From positions 2,294,001-2,358,000 of the forward strand of contig OZ218957.1 of NCBI GenBank assembly GCA_965112735.1: DNA of 64,000 nt, read 5' to 3'. The stretch is from Phaeosaccion multiseriatum. Taxonomy: Eukaryota; Protista; Ochrophyta, other classes. Below are positions 1 to 12,534 of this stretch, one piece after another. Position numbers and translations under genes: made by a program. The first letter of the stretch is position 1. The number at the start of each line of letters is the position of its first letter. The notes beneath the pieces are model-generated. The model saw nothing but the letters and a program-made list of their open reading frames with translations, was not told the DNA's origin and did no database searches.

Positions 1-352
1 AACTCGATTCGTTCAAAGTGAAGCCCTTCGCAGTTCCAGCATCATCTCCTGCACTGCCCTCCTTGATCAGACGCAGCACCGCATGAAAAGTTGAGGTGCT
101 CGTTTCCCCTCCTCCTGCCAACTGTGCTACAGCTGCTTGTACGTGAGCAGGCAGGGCTTCTGTCGCTATTGGCGCACTGCCTTGCCACGCTTGGCGCCTA
201 GCGGGACACAGCTGCAGAAGCCGGGCCAGAACTGCAGACACCACCGTTGCCTCTCCTTGATGCCCGAATGAGCGATTCGAGTCATCCTCCTCGCTGTCCT
301 CATCAGAGAAGAGGTCCCATTCAGCACTAGCCGAGGCAGACGGGATGGCCAT
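1..352 (-). CDS. 5' part of an unknown protein running off the window edge
   Basis: ATG at 352 opens a stop-free frame to the edge (MAIPSASASAEWDLFSDEDSEEDD...). No recognisable domain. Confidence 0.45.
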   Translation of the reverse strand, partial: MAIPSASASAEWDLFSDEDSEEDDSNRSFGHQGEATVVSAVLARLLQLCPARRQAWQGSAPIATEALPAHVQAAVAQLAGGGETSTSTFHAVLRLIKEGSAGDDAGTAKGFTLNESS

Positions 353-1143
353 CAACTTCCTGAGGCAAAAGTCCTTGAAAAAGAAAAGAAAAAGAAGCCT
401 CTACCTCCTCTGCTCCACTATCACACTCCTCCTGCTAACAATCGCTTGGTAACAGCTACCATCCATTCGTCATTACCTTTCTCTGGCACTAATGGATTCG
501 AGAAGGGTGGAATGAATTCGGACTGGATGGCCTCTGTTGCTTGCCTTTCGCTCTGCTTTTCTCTTGCCTGTCGAACCTTAGCACCCACTCCTCCTTCTAT
601 CCCTCCACTACTACTCCCCCCCTTCCTATAAGCCGCTGATCTCTATTGTACAGTGGGTAAGAAAGGAGGAAAAGGAAAGTTAAGAAAAAGAAGAATCCGT
701 CTGTGAGTCACAGCTGGCACTTTTTTTCCATTTCCCTCCCTTTTCCCTTTTCCTACAGTACTGAGGAGAAGAGAGTCTATGCCTTGTGTTACGACTAGAC
801 AGGTCCTCAGCAAAAATGGGGAGGGAAATCTGTTCGTTTTGGTGCCACCATTGTGGAGGCACACGCTTTTTTACTCACGCCACTCCAACCCCCCCCTGCA
901 GAATTGGTGATCGGCATGAATGGCCGATCAATGGCCCGACCCTATCCTCATTCTCCCGCATAAACACAGGTGTACTTGAAGCTCGGTAAGTGTACAATGC
1001 AGAGAGAGGGAGCGGAGAACTCTTTCCCTCTTCTAATCTTCTCTCCTCCTCTCCCTCCTTATTCCCATTCTCCCCTCCCTCCCCCTTTCTCTCTCCTCTC
1101 TTATTCTTTTTTTACCAGCGATTGACCTACATCAACGGGAATA

Positions 1144-1925
1144 ATGGCAACGAACACATGGAGCTGCCTGTGCGGCTCTTTCCAAGGAGAAGTCACAGGG
1201 GACCCGAAGCTTGCGGTAAGGATCGCCTCCCTCCCGGATTTAACGCCCTGTTTTCATCTCCCTCCTCTCTCTCCCCCCAGGTCTACTGTCACTGTAAGCA
1301 ATGCCGGCAATACAGCGGCACGGCCATGCAGCTCGCCATCTGGGGGCCGGAGAGCTTCAAAGTGCTCAAGGGTGATGACAACCTGATCGCTTACGAGTCG
1401 GCACCAGGCATCTTCCGCAAGTCCTGTAAAACCTGCGGTGCCTTCGCCTACAAGACCGCAGGGCCGGACACCAACATCGTGCCCATCGGAGCCATGGAGT
1501 GAGTGGGCTTCAGAGATGACAGATAGATTGGTAGATACGATACTCAAGGAAGGAAGAGAGGGGAGAAGGGGGGGGAGTGTGGTAGGTGCCTCTTTTGTAT
1601 GATGTTGTCGTGAAGCCCCCCCCCCCCCCCCTTGTTAACCCCGGAGCCCTTGAGATGGAGGAGTCATGACGCCTACCGTACAAGCATTCTGGGGCAGCAA
1701 CCCTGCCGCCCGCTGCGCCGCCATGCTGAGCTGCCGATGCTGCTTCTCGGGCTCACACACCTCTATCTCTCTCTCGCTCTCTTCTTCCCCCTTCCCCTCT
1801 TCCCCTCTTGTTCTGTGCACAGCGGCCCTGGCGTGAAGCCGACCTGCCACATCTTCGTGGGTGACAAGGCCCCCGGCGCGGAGATTCCCGTTCCGGAGCT
1901 TCCCCAGCACGACAAATTCCCCTAA
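1144..1925 (+). CDS. GFA/CENP-V (Mss4-like) Zn-binding protein, 3 exons
   Basis: Exons 1144-1215, 1281-1498, 1823-1925 join in frame via GT-AG introns. Motifs CLCG, CHCKQCR, CKTCG and PTCHIFV. Confidence 0.9.
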
Positions 1926-2473
1926 GTCACTGTAGGCGTTGGACTGGCAGCCGGACAGACGGATGGAGACTTGACATACGGGCATTTGTTACGATCTTGC
2001 GTACGTGAGTATGGAGTGGCATGCAGTCCTTCTAGTAGCGCTGCTGAGTGCGTGGGGGGAGGGGAGGGGGAAGTGGTGGTCTGAGGGGGTAGGTTGGATG
2101 TGAGCAGCCAAGGAGGAGGGGCACACCCGAAAATCCCTTTGCCGGCCCGGCCCCCACAGATGAGGAAGCAGAAGGGAAGGCCAGTTGCATTATGAGAAGC
2201 AGAGGGGAAGGCCAATTTCACGCACAGCTTCGCCATGTGAAGTACTCCTTAATTTTAATTACAAGAAAAAAGAAAAAAAAAGCTGGAAGACCCGAGCAGA
2301 GGCTAGCGGCTGTCCCAAGTTCGGGTTCCAGTGCGAGGAGCTGTACAATCGTACAATAGACTTGAGTTGAAGGGGAAAGGGGGGAAAGGGGGGGGGGGGT
2401 AAAAGCGAGGGCGTTACTATTAGATTCCCTTCGCACAGATGGCACCAAATGCTCCTCTAGCTCCTCAAACCCG

Positions 2474-3247
2474 ATGGCTTGGCGGAAGCGGCGGCCGCCG
2501 CTTCTGCGGCTGCTTCTGCTTCTCTCTTCATGCTTACTCGCGGGATTTCTCTTGCCTTCGCTCGGTGGGCGTCTTCCTGCCGCTGCTGCCGCCGCTGGGC
2601 CAGGTGCGCGACACGTAGCCTGCTCGGAGTGTTTCAAATTGACTACCGCCTCCCGTGTCTTGTGGGGGCCTTGGCGCCTCGGTGCGGGGCAGAGGAAGAT
2701 AGGGTCACTGTCGTACAACGCTACGTGTATGTAGGGCTAATCTCGCCTGGGAGCCCCCTGTTGCTGAGCTGTTTCCTCTTATTTTGTACCCGCCTTTCCC
2801 TTCTCAAGACTCCACTCCTTTGCCCCTTCTCTTGCCCGTATGTGTACTGCTTTCCGCTGTTCTCATCTACCTTGGCACTTGCTCTCTCTTGCACCTCTTC
2901 CTCCTCCTCCCCCTCCCCCCCTTCCCGTCTCGCCAGACCACGGACAGCGGCCCCCCAACTCGCCCCTCAACGTGTTCGCGTCTGCTCCTCGCGACACTAT
3001 CTTGTACGACGAGCTCGGCGTGGTGCCCAACGCACGCAGCGCAGACATCAAAAAGGCCTACTACCAGCTGGCTGTCAAGTTCCATCCAGACAAGGTAGGT
3101 GCTGTGGCTGGGAGGGAGGGGAGGAGGGAGGAGGGAGGGTGGCCAGGGCGAAAGGGGGGAGCAAGGGAGCAGGGAACAACGCGCAGAGAAGTAAAGCGAG
3201 TAATCTCTCTCCCTCTTCCATCCCTCCCTCCTCCCTCTTCGCATCCT

Positions 3248-3299
<52 letters not shown>

Positions 3300-6200
3300 C
3301 TTTCCTCCTTCCCTCCGTTCTCCCCTCGCTGATGATCTCCTTGCCTTGGGCCAACAGAACCCCGCGGGAGACAAGGCTTCTGAGGAACGCTTCAAGAGGA
3401 TTTCGGAGGCATATCAGGTATGTCTGTCGATGGTAGCCCAGGCCCAGCATCTTTGTCGCATACTCTCTCTCAGTGTCTATCCCTTCTCTCTTTCTCTCTT
3501 TCTCTTTCTCTCTTACCTCTTTCTTTCTCTCTGTGTGTGTGTGTCTCTGTTTCTTTCCTCTCTCTCTTGCCCGCCAATGGGCGTGCGACGAAGAGCAGCG
3601 AACTCAGCTCACACCCCCCTCCCACCTCTCTCTATCCCTCTCCCGCCGCCCCCTATGTATATCCCACGCCCCTCTTCCACCTCTCCCCCCGCCCCGCTTC
3701 CTTTTGCTCGACATCCAACGCCGAACGCGCTGTGTCCCCACGCAACCACCGCAGATTCTGTACGACAATGACAGGCGAACCAAGTACCATATCCGGGGGC
3801 TCGAGGGCATGGAGGACGATGACATGGACGAGGGAGAGCAGCGCATGGATCCAATGGAGGTGGGGAAGGGAGAGAGAAAGGAAAGAAGGAAGGAAGGAAG
3901 GAAGGAAGGAAGGACGGAAGGACGGAAGCAAGGAAGCAAGGAAGGAAGGAAGGAAGGAAGGAAGGAAGGAAGGAAGGAAGGAAGGAAGTGGACTGAGTCA
4001 CTCCCATTACAGCCATGCAGGCAACCAGCCCACCAACACGAACTGATTGACTTGTTTGGTTGGTGTGCCTCACTGGTAGAGTGAGGGTGGCTTGAATTGA
4101 CCACCGCTGCTGCTCGTTCTGCTGCTGCTCATGCTTCATTTGAACAACTCTCGCTAACATCTCAGGTGTTTCGCTCCTGCCTCGGCGGGGGCAAGTTTTC
4201 CCACCTCATCGGCGAGCTAAGTCCCCGCATGCGGCCTGTGGAGGATGTGGACTACCACTTCAATAAGGTATGAAGGCATTCTCCCTCTCTCTCTCCGATC
4301 AGAGCTGTCCCCCTTTTTCTCTCTGTGCATGTGTCTCACCCACTCACACACTCACTCTTTCTCGCTCGTCTCACGGGGAGCGGCACGGTAGCTTTCTCCC
4401 CTCTGCAATTGCCTTTTCTCTCCCTTACTCTGTATACGCGCAGCGGGGGTGGGTGAATTGTATGTCAATCAACTTACTTGTCGTGCTGTTATCAAGTCAG
4501 TGTTATTCGCTCCTTGCTCCTTGCTCCTTGTTCTTTGCTCCGTGCCTGACCCTCTCTCCCCCCCACGCCCCCCTCTCTCTCTGGACTCTCGTCTCCTACT
4601 CTCCGTACATACACGCGTGGTGAATGCATGAATGAATAAACCCCCCAAACTCTACCATCTGCCTCCCTGCCTGTCTGCTACCTGCCGGTCGGCCTGCCTG
4701 CCTGCCTGCCTGCCTGATGTTTCGTTTCGCTGTCGTATACTTGATTCACTGTACTGCATAGGCCAAGGCCCTGGCGGTGGAACTTGAGGCCCGTCTGGAG
4801 CCCTTTGTGCTGGGCTACTCGCAGGCCTTCGTGCAGCAGGCGTGGATGGAGGCGCTGGAGCTCAGGCAGCAGGTAAGTGTGTGCGTCTGTGTGTGCGTCT
4901 GTGTGTACGTCTGTGCATGCGCGCGGGCGTGGATGTGTAGGTGGGTTGGTGAGTGGATATGTAGGTGGGTGGGTGGGTGAGTGGGTGAGTGGGTGAGTGG
5001 GTGGGTGGGTGGGTGGGTGGGTGGGTGGGTGGGTGGGTGGGTGAGTGGGTGGGTGGGTGGGTGGGTGGGTGGGAATCGATGAAGGGTTGGGCAGTGGGCT
5101 GTGGTGTGGGGAAGGGATGAGGGTGGGCGCAAGGGGGAGAGGAGCAGTACTGTCAAGTCGTCTTGTACAGTCCTCTTGTGGAAAGAACTGACAGAAACTC
5201 GTGTGCGACTCTCTCGCGCGCCCTTGCTTACCTTGGGTACCTACCTGACTACTTAGCTTGGGTACCTACCTACCTGACTACATAGCTTGGGTACCTACCT
5301 ACCTGACTACATAGCTTGGGTACCTACCTACCTGACTACTTGGCTTGTGTACCTCCTGACTAGTTAGTCTGTGTACCTACCTGCCTGACTACTTAGTCTT
5401 TGTACCTCCCTGACTACGTAGCGTAGGTCCCGATGTGACTGGGGTACCTGCCTGCCTTCCCCTTCCCGCTGGCCTCCCGCCGTCTCCGTAGCTGGCTCCA
5501 TATCTTTCATGACCCCTCCCCCCCCCGCCCGCCTCGTCCTCCCTCCCCTCTTCTCCTCCCCCTCCTCCAGTCCATGGGTAGAGAGATTCTCTCCACTGTA
5601 TCATACGTGTACACCAATTACGCACACAGGACACTCGGCAAGCTTCAGCACAGCGCTCTACAGCCGCAGGTAGGGAAGCGCAGGCGGGCGGGCGCGCACG
5701 CGCGTGTGTGCGCGTGTGTGTGTATGTGTCAAAACATCTCTCCTCTCTCTGGTGCTGTTTGGACTTACTTGATTGACTCTCTCTCTTCCTCCTCGTCCTC
5801 CTCCTCCTCCTCCTCCTCCTCCTCCCTCCCCAGGCCATCATGGGCAAATTGGGCTACGTCCTCGACAGAGGGCACCGCATTCAAAACATGCTTGCCGCAG
5901 TGACCGGCCAAGCCCACATGAAGCTCCACTTGCAGGGAAGGGGAGAGGACGGGGTGGGTAGGGCAACGGCCTCTGCCACAGGAGCGGGGGCGGTGGGGCA
6001 GCCCGCAGTAGGGGCAGGGGCGGCAACAGGGGCAGGAGGAGGGACAAGGGGAGGGGCTCCGATCAGCAGCGACGCCTCCGATGAAGAGACGGTGAACATC
6101 ATCCTGCAAGCGCTGTGGAAGGTATGCGTCGCGTGTGGGGGTTAGGGGTGAAGCGGGGAGGAGGAGGAGGGGGAAGAGGAGGAGGAGGAGGAGGAGGAGG

Positions 6201-7958
6201 AGGAGTGAGGAGGAGGAGGAGGAGGAGAGGAGCAGGAGGAGGAGGAGGAGGAGAAGGAGGAGGAGGAGGAGGAGGAGGAGGAGGAGGAGGAGGAGAAGGA
6301 GGAGGAGGAGGAGGAGGAGGAGGAGGAGGAGAAGGAGGAGGAGGAGGGTGGGGAGGGGGGCGGCTGGGGGATACTTGTTGACTCGTTTCATTCCCCCCCA
6401 AAGCCTTGGTCGCTGCCACTCCAGCTTCGATACGCCCATCCTTCGGCCGTGCTGTGTAACTGGTCTATCTTCCCTCCTTGCCCACTCCCCCCTGATGCCC
6501 ATGCATGTCCGCATTCTCTCTCTCTCCGTATCTTCTCTCTCACCCCCTCTCACCCCCTCTTACCCCCTGCCCCTCTCCCTCTTCTCTCCCTACCTCCTTC
6601 CCCTCTTCTCTCCCTACCTCCTTCCCCTCCTCTCCCCCCCTCCCTCTGTGGTCCGCTGCTGTGTAGGTGCATCGTCTGGACGTGGAGAAGACTCTCCAAC
6701 GCGCGTGCCGAATGGTGCTCAGAGATCCCAATGTGCATCCTGGCGTGCGCAAACTCCGGGCACAGGCCTTGGTGAGTCGCTCTCCCTCCTTCCCTCCCTC
6801 TCTCGCTCTCTCTCTCTCGCACACACACTTTGTCTCTCTCTGACTCTCTCTATCTGCTCTCTCCCTCCTTCCCTCCCTCTCTCGCTCTCTCTCTCTCGCA
6901 CACACACTTTGTCTCTCTCTGACTCTCTCTATCTGCTCTCTCCCTCCTTCCCTCCCTCTCTCGCTCTCTCTCTCTCTCGCACACACACTTTGTCTCTCTC
7001 TGACTCTCTCTATCTGCTCTCTCCCTCCTTCCCTCCCTCTCTCGCTCTCTCTCTCTCGCACACACACTTTGTCTCTCTCTGACTCTCTCTATCTGCTCTC
7101 TCCCTCCTTCCCTCCCTCTCTCGCTCTCTCTCTCTCGCACACACACTTTGTCTCTCTCTGACTCTCTCTATCTGCTCTCTCTCTCCTTCCCTCCCTCTCT
7201 CGCTCTCTCTCTCTCTCGCACACACACTTTGTCTCTCTCTGACTCTCTCTATCTGCTCTCTCCCTCCTTCCCTCCCTCTCTCGCTCTCTCTCTCTCGCAC
7301 ACACACTTTGTCTCTCTCTGACTCTCTCTATCTGCTCTCTCCCTCCTTCCCTCCCTCTCTCGCTCTCTCTCTCTCGCACACACACTTTGTCTCTCTCTGA
7401 CTCTCTCTATCTGCTCTCTCTCTCCCTCCCTCCCCGTCTCTATTTCTCTCTTTGTCTCTCTCTCCCTCTCCCTTTCTGTCCCTCTCTCTCTCTGATCTCT
7501 CTCGCTCTATCTCTCGCTTAACTCACTCACTCACCCCTCACTTCACTACCTCACACCTCACTCACTCACTCACTCTGACTTCCGAAACGCCAGATTAACT
7601 TGGGCGAGGTGTACTCCCGTGCGAGCAAGCGGGACAATCCCGACCCTTCCGTCTTCCAACTCCCCACGCACGCGCCCACGCAGCCGACGCACAATGGGGC
7701 AGGGGTGTGGCCTGCTGGACCATCACAGGGGCAGCAGCAGGGGCAGCGGCAGGGGCAGCAGCAGCAGCAGCAGTCCTATGAGCAACAACAGGGTTTTGAG
7801 CAGCATCATCAGCAGCAGGGCTTTGGCTGCTACGGAGTGTACGAGGGTCTTGAAGACGACGAGTCCTGGGGTGCCAACCCTCCCTACGGGTGGGCAGGAG
7901 GTAGCGAGAGCGGCTGCGAAGGCCTAACGCCTCAGATGCAGCAGCAACAGCAACAGCA

Positions 7959-7997
<39 letters not shown>

Positions 7998-8628
7998 GCA
8001 GCACGGCGCTGGAATCCCGGGTGTAGGTTTTGGGCAGCAGCAGCAGCAGGAGCAGGAGCAGCAGCACTCGCAGCAAGAGCAGCAGGAGCAGGGGGTTGAG
8101 TACTCAGTGGAAGCGAGGGAGGAAGAGGGGCAGCAACTGACACCAGCTTTTGACTGGTTCGAGTCCAGCATCTCTGGGGAAAGCGTCGGCAGTAGTAGCA
8201 GTGGGGGAAGCAGCAGCGAGGGCTGGGGCGGGGGCGGTGAGGGCGAGGGGGGGGAGGAGGATGGAAGCAGTAGCGAAAGTAGCGGCGGTAGCAGCAGCAG
8301 GGGCAGCAGAAGCAGGAGTAGCAGAAGCAAGAGGAGCGAGCGTACTGAGATTTTTAGCGCAAGGGGGAGGGGTAGAGGTCCAGGCAATGATGGGACATCC
8401 AACACCAACGGCAGCAGAGGTAGCGGCAGTCGGGTGGGGACTGGCGACGGCGAAGATACAACATGTTCAGATGATGATACGATACGGGCTCAGCGAGAGG
8501 CTGGGGCTGGGCAGCAGGAGCAGGAGAAGCAGGAGCGGCAGTCGTCGCTCCTGTCTTCTTCGTCGCGCAGTGGCACTCTCCATGCTTCTGTGGGTACTGC
8601 CTCGCCGCCTGCCTCTCGTCCATGTTGA
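2474..8628 (+). CDS. DnaJ protein with J-domain and DnaJ-X domain (Djp1/Caj1-like), about 10 exons, hydrophobic N-terminal leader, low-complexity tail
   Basis: LYDELGV...[16 protein letters not shown]|NP...FKRISEAYQ|ILYD across exons near 2937-3093, 3358-3417 and 3755-3859. X-domain segments [29 protein letters not shown]|[18 protein letters not shown]...RAQAL|INLGEVY. Last exon 7594-8628. First exon boundary less certain. Confidence 0.85.
5233..5400. repeat. Intronic minisatellite, ~29-bp unit (CTTGGGTACCTACCTACCTGACTACATAG)
   Basis: Several degenerate tandem copies in a DnaJ intron. Confidence 0.8.
6781..7420. repeat. Intronic minisatellite, 79-81-bp unit, ~8 near-identical copies
   Basis: Unit ...CTCGCACACACACTTTGTCTCTCTCTGACTCTCTCTATCTGCTCT... 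repeated in tandem. Confidence 0.9.
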
Positions 8629-8833
8629 TATGTTCACACACAAGTCGCTGCTATCCACCCCCTCCTTCCCTGTATAGAGACTCAAATGGCCCTGCTTGTG
8701 CATTGCAGAGCCTCCCTTGCTTTTATATCTGAGCTGAATGCTATTTTATTATGAGTATCCCTCCTCCTTCTCATCCCAATAATAATGATGATAATAATAA
8801 TGATGCCCATACAATGTTTCCAATACCATGTCT

Positions 8834-9297
8834 TCAGTCGTGGCAGTCGCAGGGTTTCCGTTTGCATGCATGCACCCACTGCTTCATGTCCTCAAAGGCG
8901 GCGGCAGCGGGCATATCCCAGTCACCATTCATTCTTCATGAACTGCGGTCCCAGGGACACATGACCTCCTCCGATCGGAGCCACTTCAGCATTGAGACGC
9001 TCTTGGCGTGATAAACTGCGCGATAATAAACATACTCATCCCATCTGCACAGCTCCTGTGCGCTTGCGTGCAACCATTGCAACACTTTCAGACTGCCTGC
9101 TTGTACCGCCCAATACTGGTCCATATCTCCACACGCTGTAATATTCCCCGTTCGAAGGTCTCACCACCGCTTCCCTCGTTTCCAGCAAGGGCGGGCGGGG
9201 TGGGGTGCAGCTGCCATGGCAACACTGGCACCACCACCCACTCCACGCAGCCTTCCATTCGCCGCTCCTGAGGAGCTGGTCGGTCAGTTCCCTCCAT
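8834..9297 (-). pseudogene. Internally deleted pseudogene of the CPW-ankyrin-like family (A'1)
   Basis: Starts MEGTD and contains ALAGNEGSGGETFE, then jumps to the 3' part (LKVLQWLHASAQELCRWDE...KWLRSEEVMCPWD). Frameshifted. Ends at the family CxCxD-TGA. Confidence 0.85.
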
Positions 9298-9385
9298 ATC
9301 CCGTGTGTCTCAACGGCAGACAAGGCAGGCCGAGGAGCCCCCTCCCCCTTCATCTCTCTCAATGCCTCTATAATGTCGTCAATCG

Positions 9386-10504
9386 TCAGTCCTCGCAGTC
9401 GCAGGGGTGTCCATTGGCGTGCACCCACTGCTTCATCTCCTCCAAGGCGGCAGGGGGCATATCCCATTCATCACCAAGCGCATCTTTCAAGTACTGTGGA
9501 CATGCCAAGCAGTCCCAAAGACACATGACCTCGTCCGATCGGAGCCATTTCAGTATGGAGAGGCTCTTGGCGCTAAGAACTGCGTGAGTACAGACAGATG
9601 CATCCCAACTGCACAGCTCCCGTGCGTTTGCATGCAGCCATTGCAGCACCTCCAGGTTGCCAGTCTTGGCCGCCCAGAAAGGCCCCTTCCTCCAATCGCT
9701 GCATTCCCCTGCCGCCTCCATCTCAGCTCTGATCTTGGGATGGCGGAGGACCCATTCGACCACAGCAACACGCCCCGACTGAATAGATCCCATCAAAAGA
9801 CTGGAGCTAAACGGGGCGTTCGCCTCGTCTGTGAGCATCCACTCCAGCATCTCCAGCTTCTCCAGTCGAGCTGCTTCAAAACACACGTCTGCATTCCACG
9901 GGCACCTCTCCTTCTCGGGCAGGTCCTCTGTCCGCAGCCATTGGAGGATACTCCACCCGTGCCTCTCATTCCTCACAGCAGCCACACACACGCTCTCATC
10001 CCACCAGGCACAGTCCATGCCGTGAAGAGCCTTGCACACGCCCACATCTCTGTACAGCGCCGCAGCCCGAAACATGCACGGCCTCGGCTCATACCCGTAC
10101 GTCGTTGCGTACCTCAAACGCTCAACAGACTCAACCACACTAGTGAAATGAGTTAACCTGACCGGAAAGAGACGTCTGTAGTGTGCCTTCCACTCCTTGC
10201 TCACCGGCGCGATGAAAAAGTCGTGATACCTCCCAGTCCACTCCATGACTGTGCTGAGCAACACCGTCTGCGCTAGGGCCTGGTCACAAGCTTCAAAAGT
10301 CTCGCCACCGCTTCCCTCGTTTTCAGCAAGGGCTGGGGGGTGGGGAGCAGCTGCCATGGCAACATTGGCACCATCTCTCCCATGGAGAGTACGAGTGATT
10401 GCCCCTGAGGAGACGGAGGGTGGAGCTGGCTGGAGCTGTCTGCCACCCTGCTTTTGGTCAGGTCCCTCTATATCTTCTTCAGTCTCGCTCTCTCGTCTGG
10501 GCAT
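9386..10504 (-). CDS. Intronless F-box-like plus atypical (CPW-type) ankyrin-like repeat protein, type A (A1)
   Basis: 372-aa ORF. N-terminal FFIAPVSKEWKAHY segment, repeats of the form CPW...EAA..G.LE.L.WL, C-terminus GHPCDCED. Confidence 0.85.
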   Translation of the reverse strand: MPRRESETEEDIEGPDQKQGGRQLQPAPPSVSSGAITRTLHGRDGANVAMAAAPHPPALAENEGSGGETFEACDQALAQTVLLSTVMEWTGRYHDFFIAPVSKEWKAHYRRLFPVRLTHFTSVVESVERLRYATTYGYEPRPCMFRAAALYRDVGVCKALHGMDCAWWDESVCVAAVRNERHGWSILQWLRTEDLPEKERCPWNADVCFEAARLEKLEMLEWMLTDEANAPFSSSLLMGSIQSGRVAVVEWVLRHPKIRAEMEAAGECSDWRKGPFWAAKTGNLEVLQWLHANARELCSWDASVCTHAVLSAKSLSILKWLRSDEVMCLWDCLACPQYLKDALGDEWDMPPAALEEMKQWVHANGHPCDCED

Positions 10505-11077
10505 TTCTCCCCCTTTCCCTCTGACCGTTTGATACTTTCGATGGGTAGAGGGGATCGGGGGGAAGCTTGATGGGTGCTCTCTTCAGTGAAGCCTGGTATG
10601 ACGCGAGAAGGGACGGGGAGAGAGATACAGGAGGGTGGAATGAGAAGGAGTAGACGCAAAGGGGGCATCTCTGTGGGACTTGCCCTGCTGCGAGGGGAAG
10701 AGGCGGGAGAGGAACGAAAAAGTTTTAAAAAAACACGAACGTGTGGTGGACTCGATAACCGTCTCCCAGCATGTCCTCGGCTGCTCTTCGTCCCCTCTCA
10801 GCCTTTCCTAGTCACCGCCAAATTCGAAGAAAAAAAAAAAGAAAAAAAAGAGGGAATTTATTGACTTATTATAAAAGCGCGCCCCGCGATTCCCCCCCGC
10901 CGCCTTCTTCCCTTCTCTCCCTTCTCGCTCTGGCCATCTTGTACGATCGTAGCAGTAGCGCAGAAGGATCTCTTTCTTAAGACTCTCTATCCCTTTCTTG
11001 TGCTCCTGCCATCACTCCTTTTACGCTGCTGCTGCTGCTCCCGAGCGATTGGGGGGAGTAATACACCCAGACTCAGG

Positions 11078-12097
11078 ATGGCGGAGGCGACCTCCAAGAG
11101 GCAGTGCCTGGGCAGCAGCGTAGGTGCGGATAACAATGCCGCGGGGACTGGTGATGAAGCTGCTGTGGCCCAGGAGACCTACGTGGCCAGTGCCAAGGCC
11201 TTGGGGATGGAGGAGGTCCTTCGGAGAGTCGTGCTCCTTGTGGGGAAGGGCCACCACGTCTTCGTCGCCACCGTGAGCAAGGAGTGGCAAGCGCAGTATA
11301 GCATGGCGTTTCCTTCGCTCAAGACCTCCCTTCCAAGCGTGGTGGAGTCTGTCAAGCGCGTCCAGTGGGCCAAGAAGGAATGTGGGTACGAGCTGTGTGT
11401 GGGCACTTTCGAGGCGGCGGCAGAGTTCGGAGATGTGAGCGTGTGCGAGGAACTTCATCATTTGAGCTGCCCCTGGGACGAAGAGGCCTGCAAAGCCGCT
11501 GTGAGGAATGCTAGGCATGGGCTGCGTGTCCTCAAGTGGTTGCGATCCGAGGACCTCCCCGACAAGGAGCGCTGTCCTTGGTCGGAACATGAGACAAGTG
11601 GGGAAGCTGCCAAGAGCGGCAATGTGGAGGTTCTGAAGTGGCTGCTGTCTGATGGTCTCGATGCCCCTCCTGATGTTGACATATGGGAGGAAGCCGTGAT
11701 GGCGGGGCGCATTGAAGTGCTGGAAATGCTTGTACAACACCCCAAGATCAGAGCTCGGATGGAGGCAGCCCATGAAGGCAGCGCATGGAGGGATGGGCCT
11801 GAAGAGGCGGCCGAAGAGGGAAATTTGGAAGTGCTGCAATTGCTGCATGAAAAAGCACGGGAGCTGTGCAGGTGGGATAAAGAGGTTTGTAGTGCTTCCG
11901 TTTATGCCGCCAAGAGCCTCTCTGTCCTGCAATGGCTCAGATCGGAGGAGGTCATGTGCCCCTGGGACAGTGAGTCATGCCCACAGGTCTTGAAAGATAC
12001 GTTTGGAGATTATGGTTGGGATATGCCCCCTGCCGCCTTTGAGGAGATGAAGCAGTGGGTACATGCCAGTGGACACCCCTGCGACTGCCACGACTGA
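11078..12097 (+). CDS. Intronless F-box-like plus CPW-type ankyrin-like repeat protein, type B (B1)
   Basis: Starts MAEATSKRQC, has EVLRRVVLLVGKGHHVFVATVSKEW and CPWDEEACKAA-type repeats, ends GHPCDCHD. Divergent from A1. Confidence 0.85.
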   Translation: MAEATSKRQCLGSSVGADNNAAGTGDEAAVAQETYVASAKALGMEEVLRRVVLLVGKGHHVFVATVSKEWQAQYSMAFPSLKTSLPSVVESVKRVQWAKKECGYELCVGTFEAAAEFGDVSVCEELHHLSCPWDEEACKAAVRNARHGLRVLKWLRSEDLPDKERCPWSEHETSGEAAKSGNVEVLKWLLSDGLDAPPDVDIWEEAVMAGRIEVLEMLVQHPKIRARMEAAHEGSAWRDGPEEAAEEGNLEVLQLLHEKARELCRWDKEVCSASVYAAKSLSVLQWLRSEEVMCPWDSESCPQVLKDTFGDYGWDMPPAAFEEMKQWVHASGHPCDCHD

Positions 12098-12449
12098 CGA
12101 CTTTTTTATCGTCAATGAGGATATGGAGGTACCGCACTGCATGAAGAGAGATTGCGCTCTGCATTAAGCGGGCTACTGACGAGCGTGTAGGCAGGGTTGG
12201 TGCGCCTTGGCGGGGTCTACAGAGAGGCATGGACGAAGGCGAGCAAGTAGAGCGATGGGGGAAAAGGAGTTTTAGTAGCGACAAGAAGAAGGAATGCAAA
12301 AGACTCGTGGACAGCTGGGTGCAGGACAACACGCCCACCATAGTGCAGGAGCTATCACAGGCTGGCGATGCTCCGCGTCACTGCAGAGGGTGTTATGTGT
12401 TATCACGGAGGTATACTCGTGCAGTTGAGGGTGGGGTGTGCCCATCCTC

Positions 12450-12480
<31 letters not shown>

Positions 12481-12534
12481 CAACAGCAGGAGCAGTAGCA
12501 GTAGCAGCAGCAGGAGGAGGAGGAAGAAGAGGAG

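Noticed and set aside
6781-7420. Regular ~80-bp period suggesting a CRISPR array
   Set aside because: No unique spacers, intronic, no cas genes. It is a plain minisatellite. The same holds for 44430-44628 and 60357-60512.
9407-10156. Long antisense ORFs over the ankyrin-like genes (also 11021-11932, 27134-27904, 51769-52578)
   Set aside because: Shadow ORFs expected from GC-rich codon usage, with inconsistent starts and ends between paralogues.
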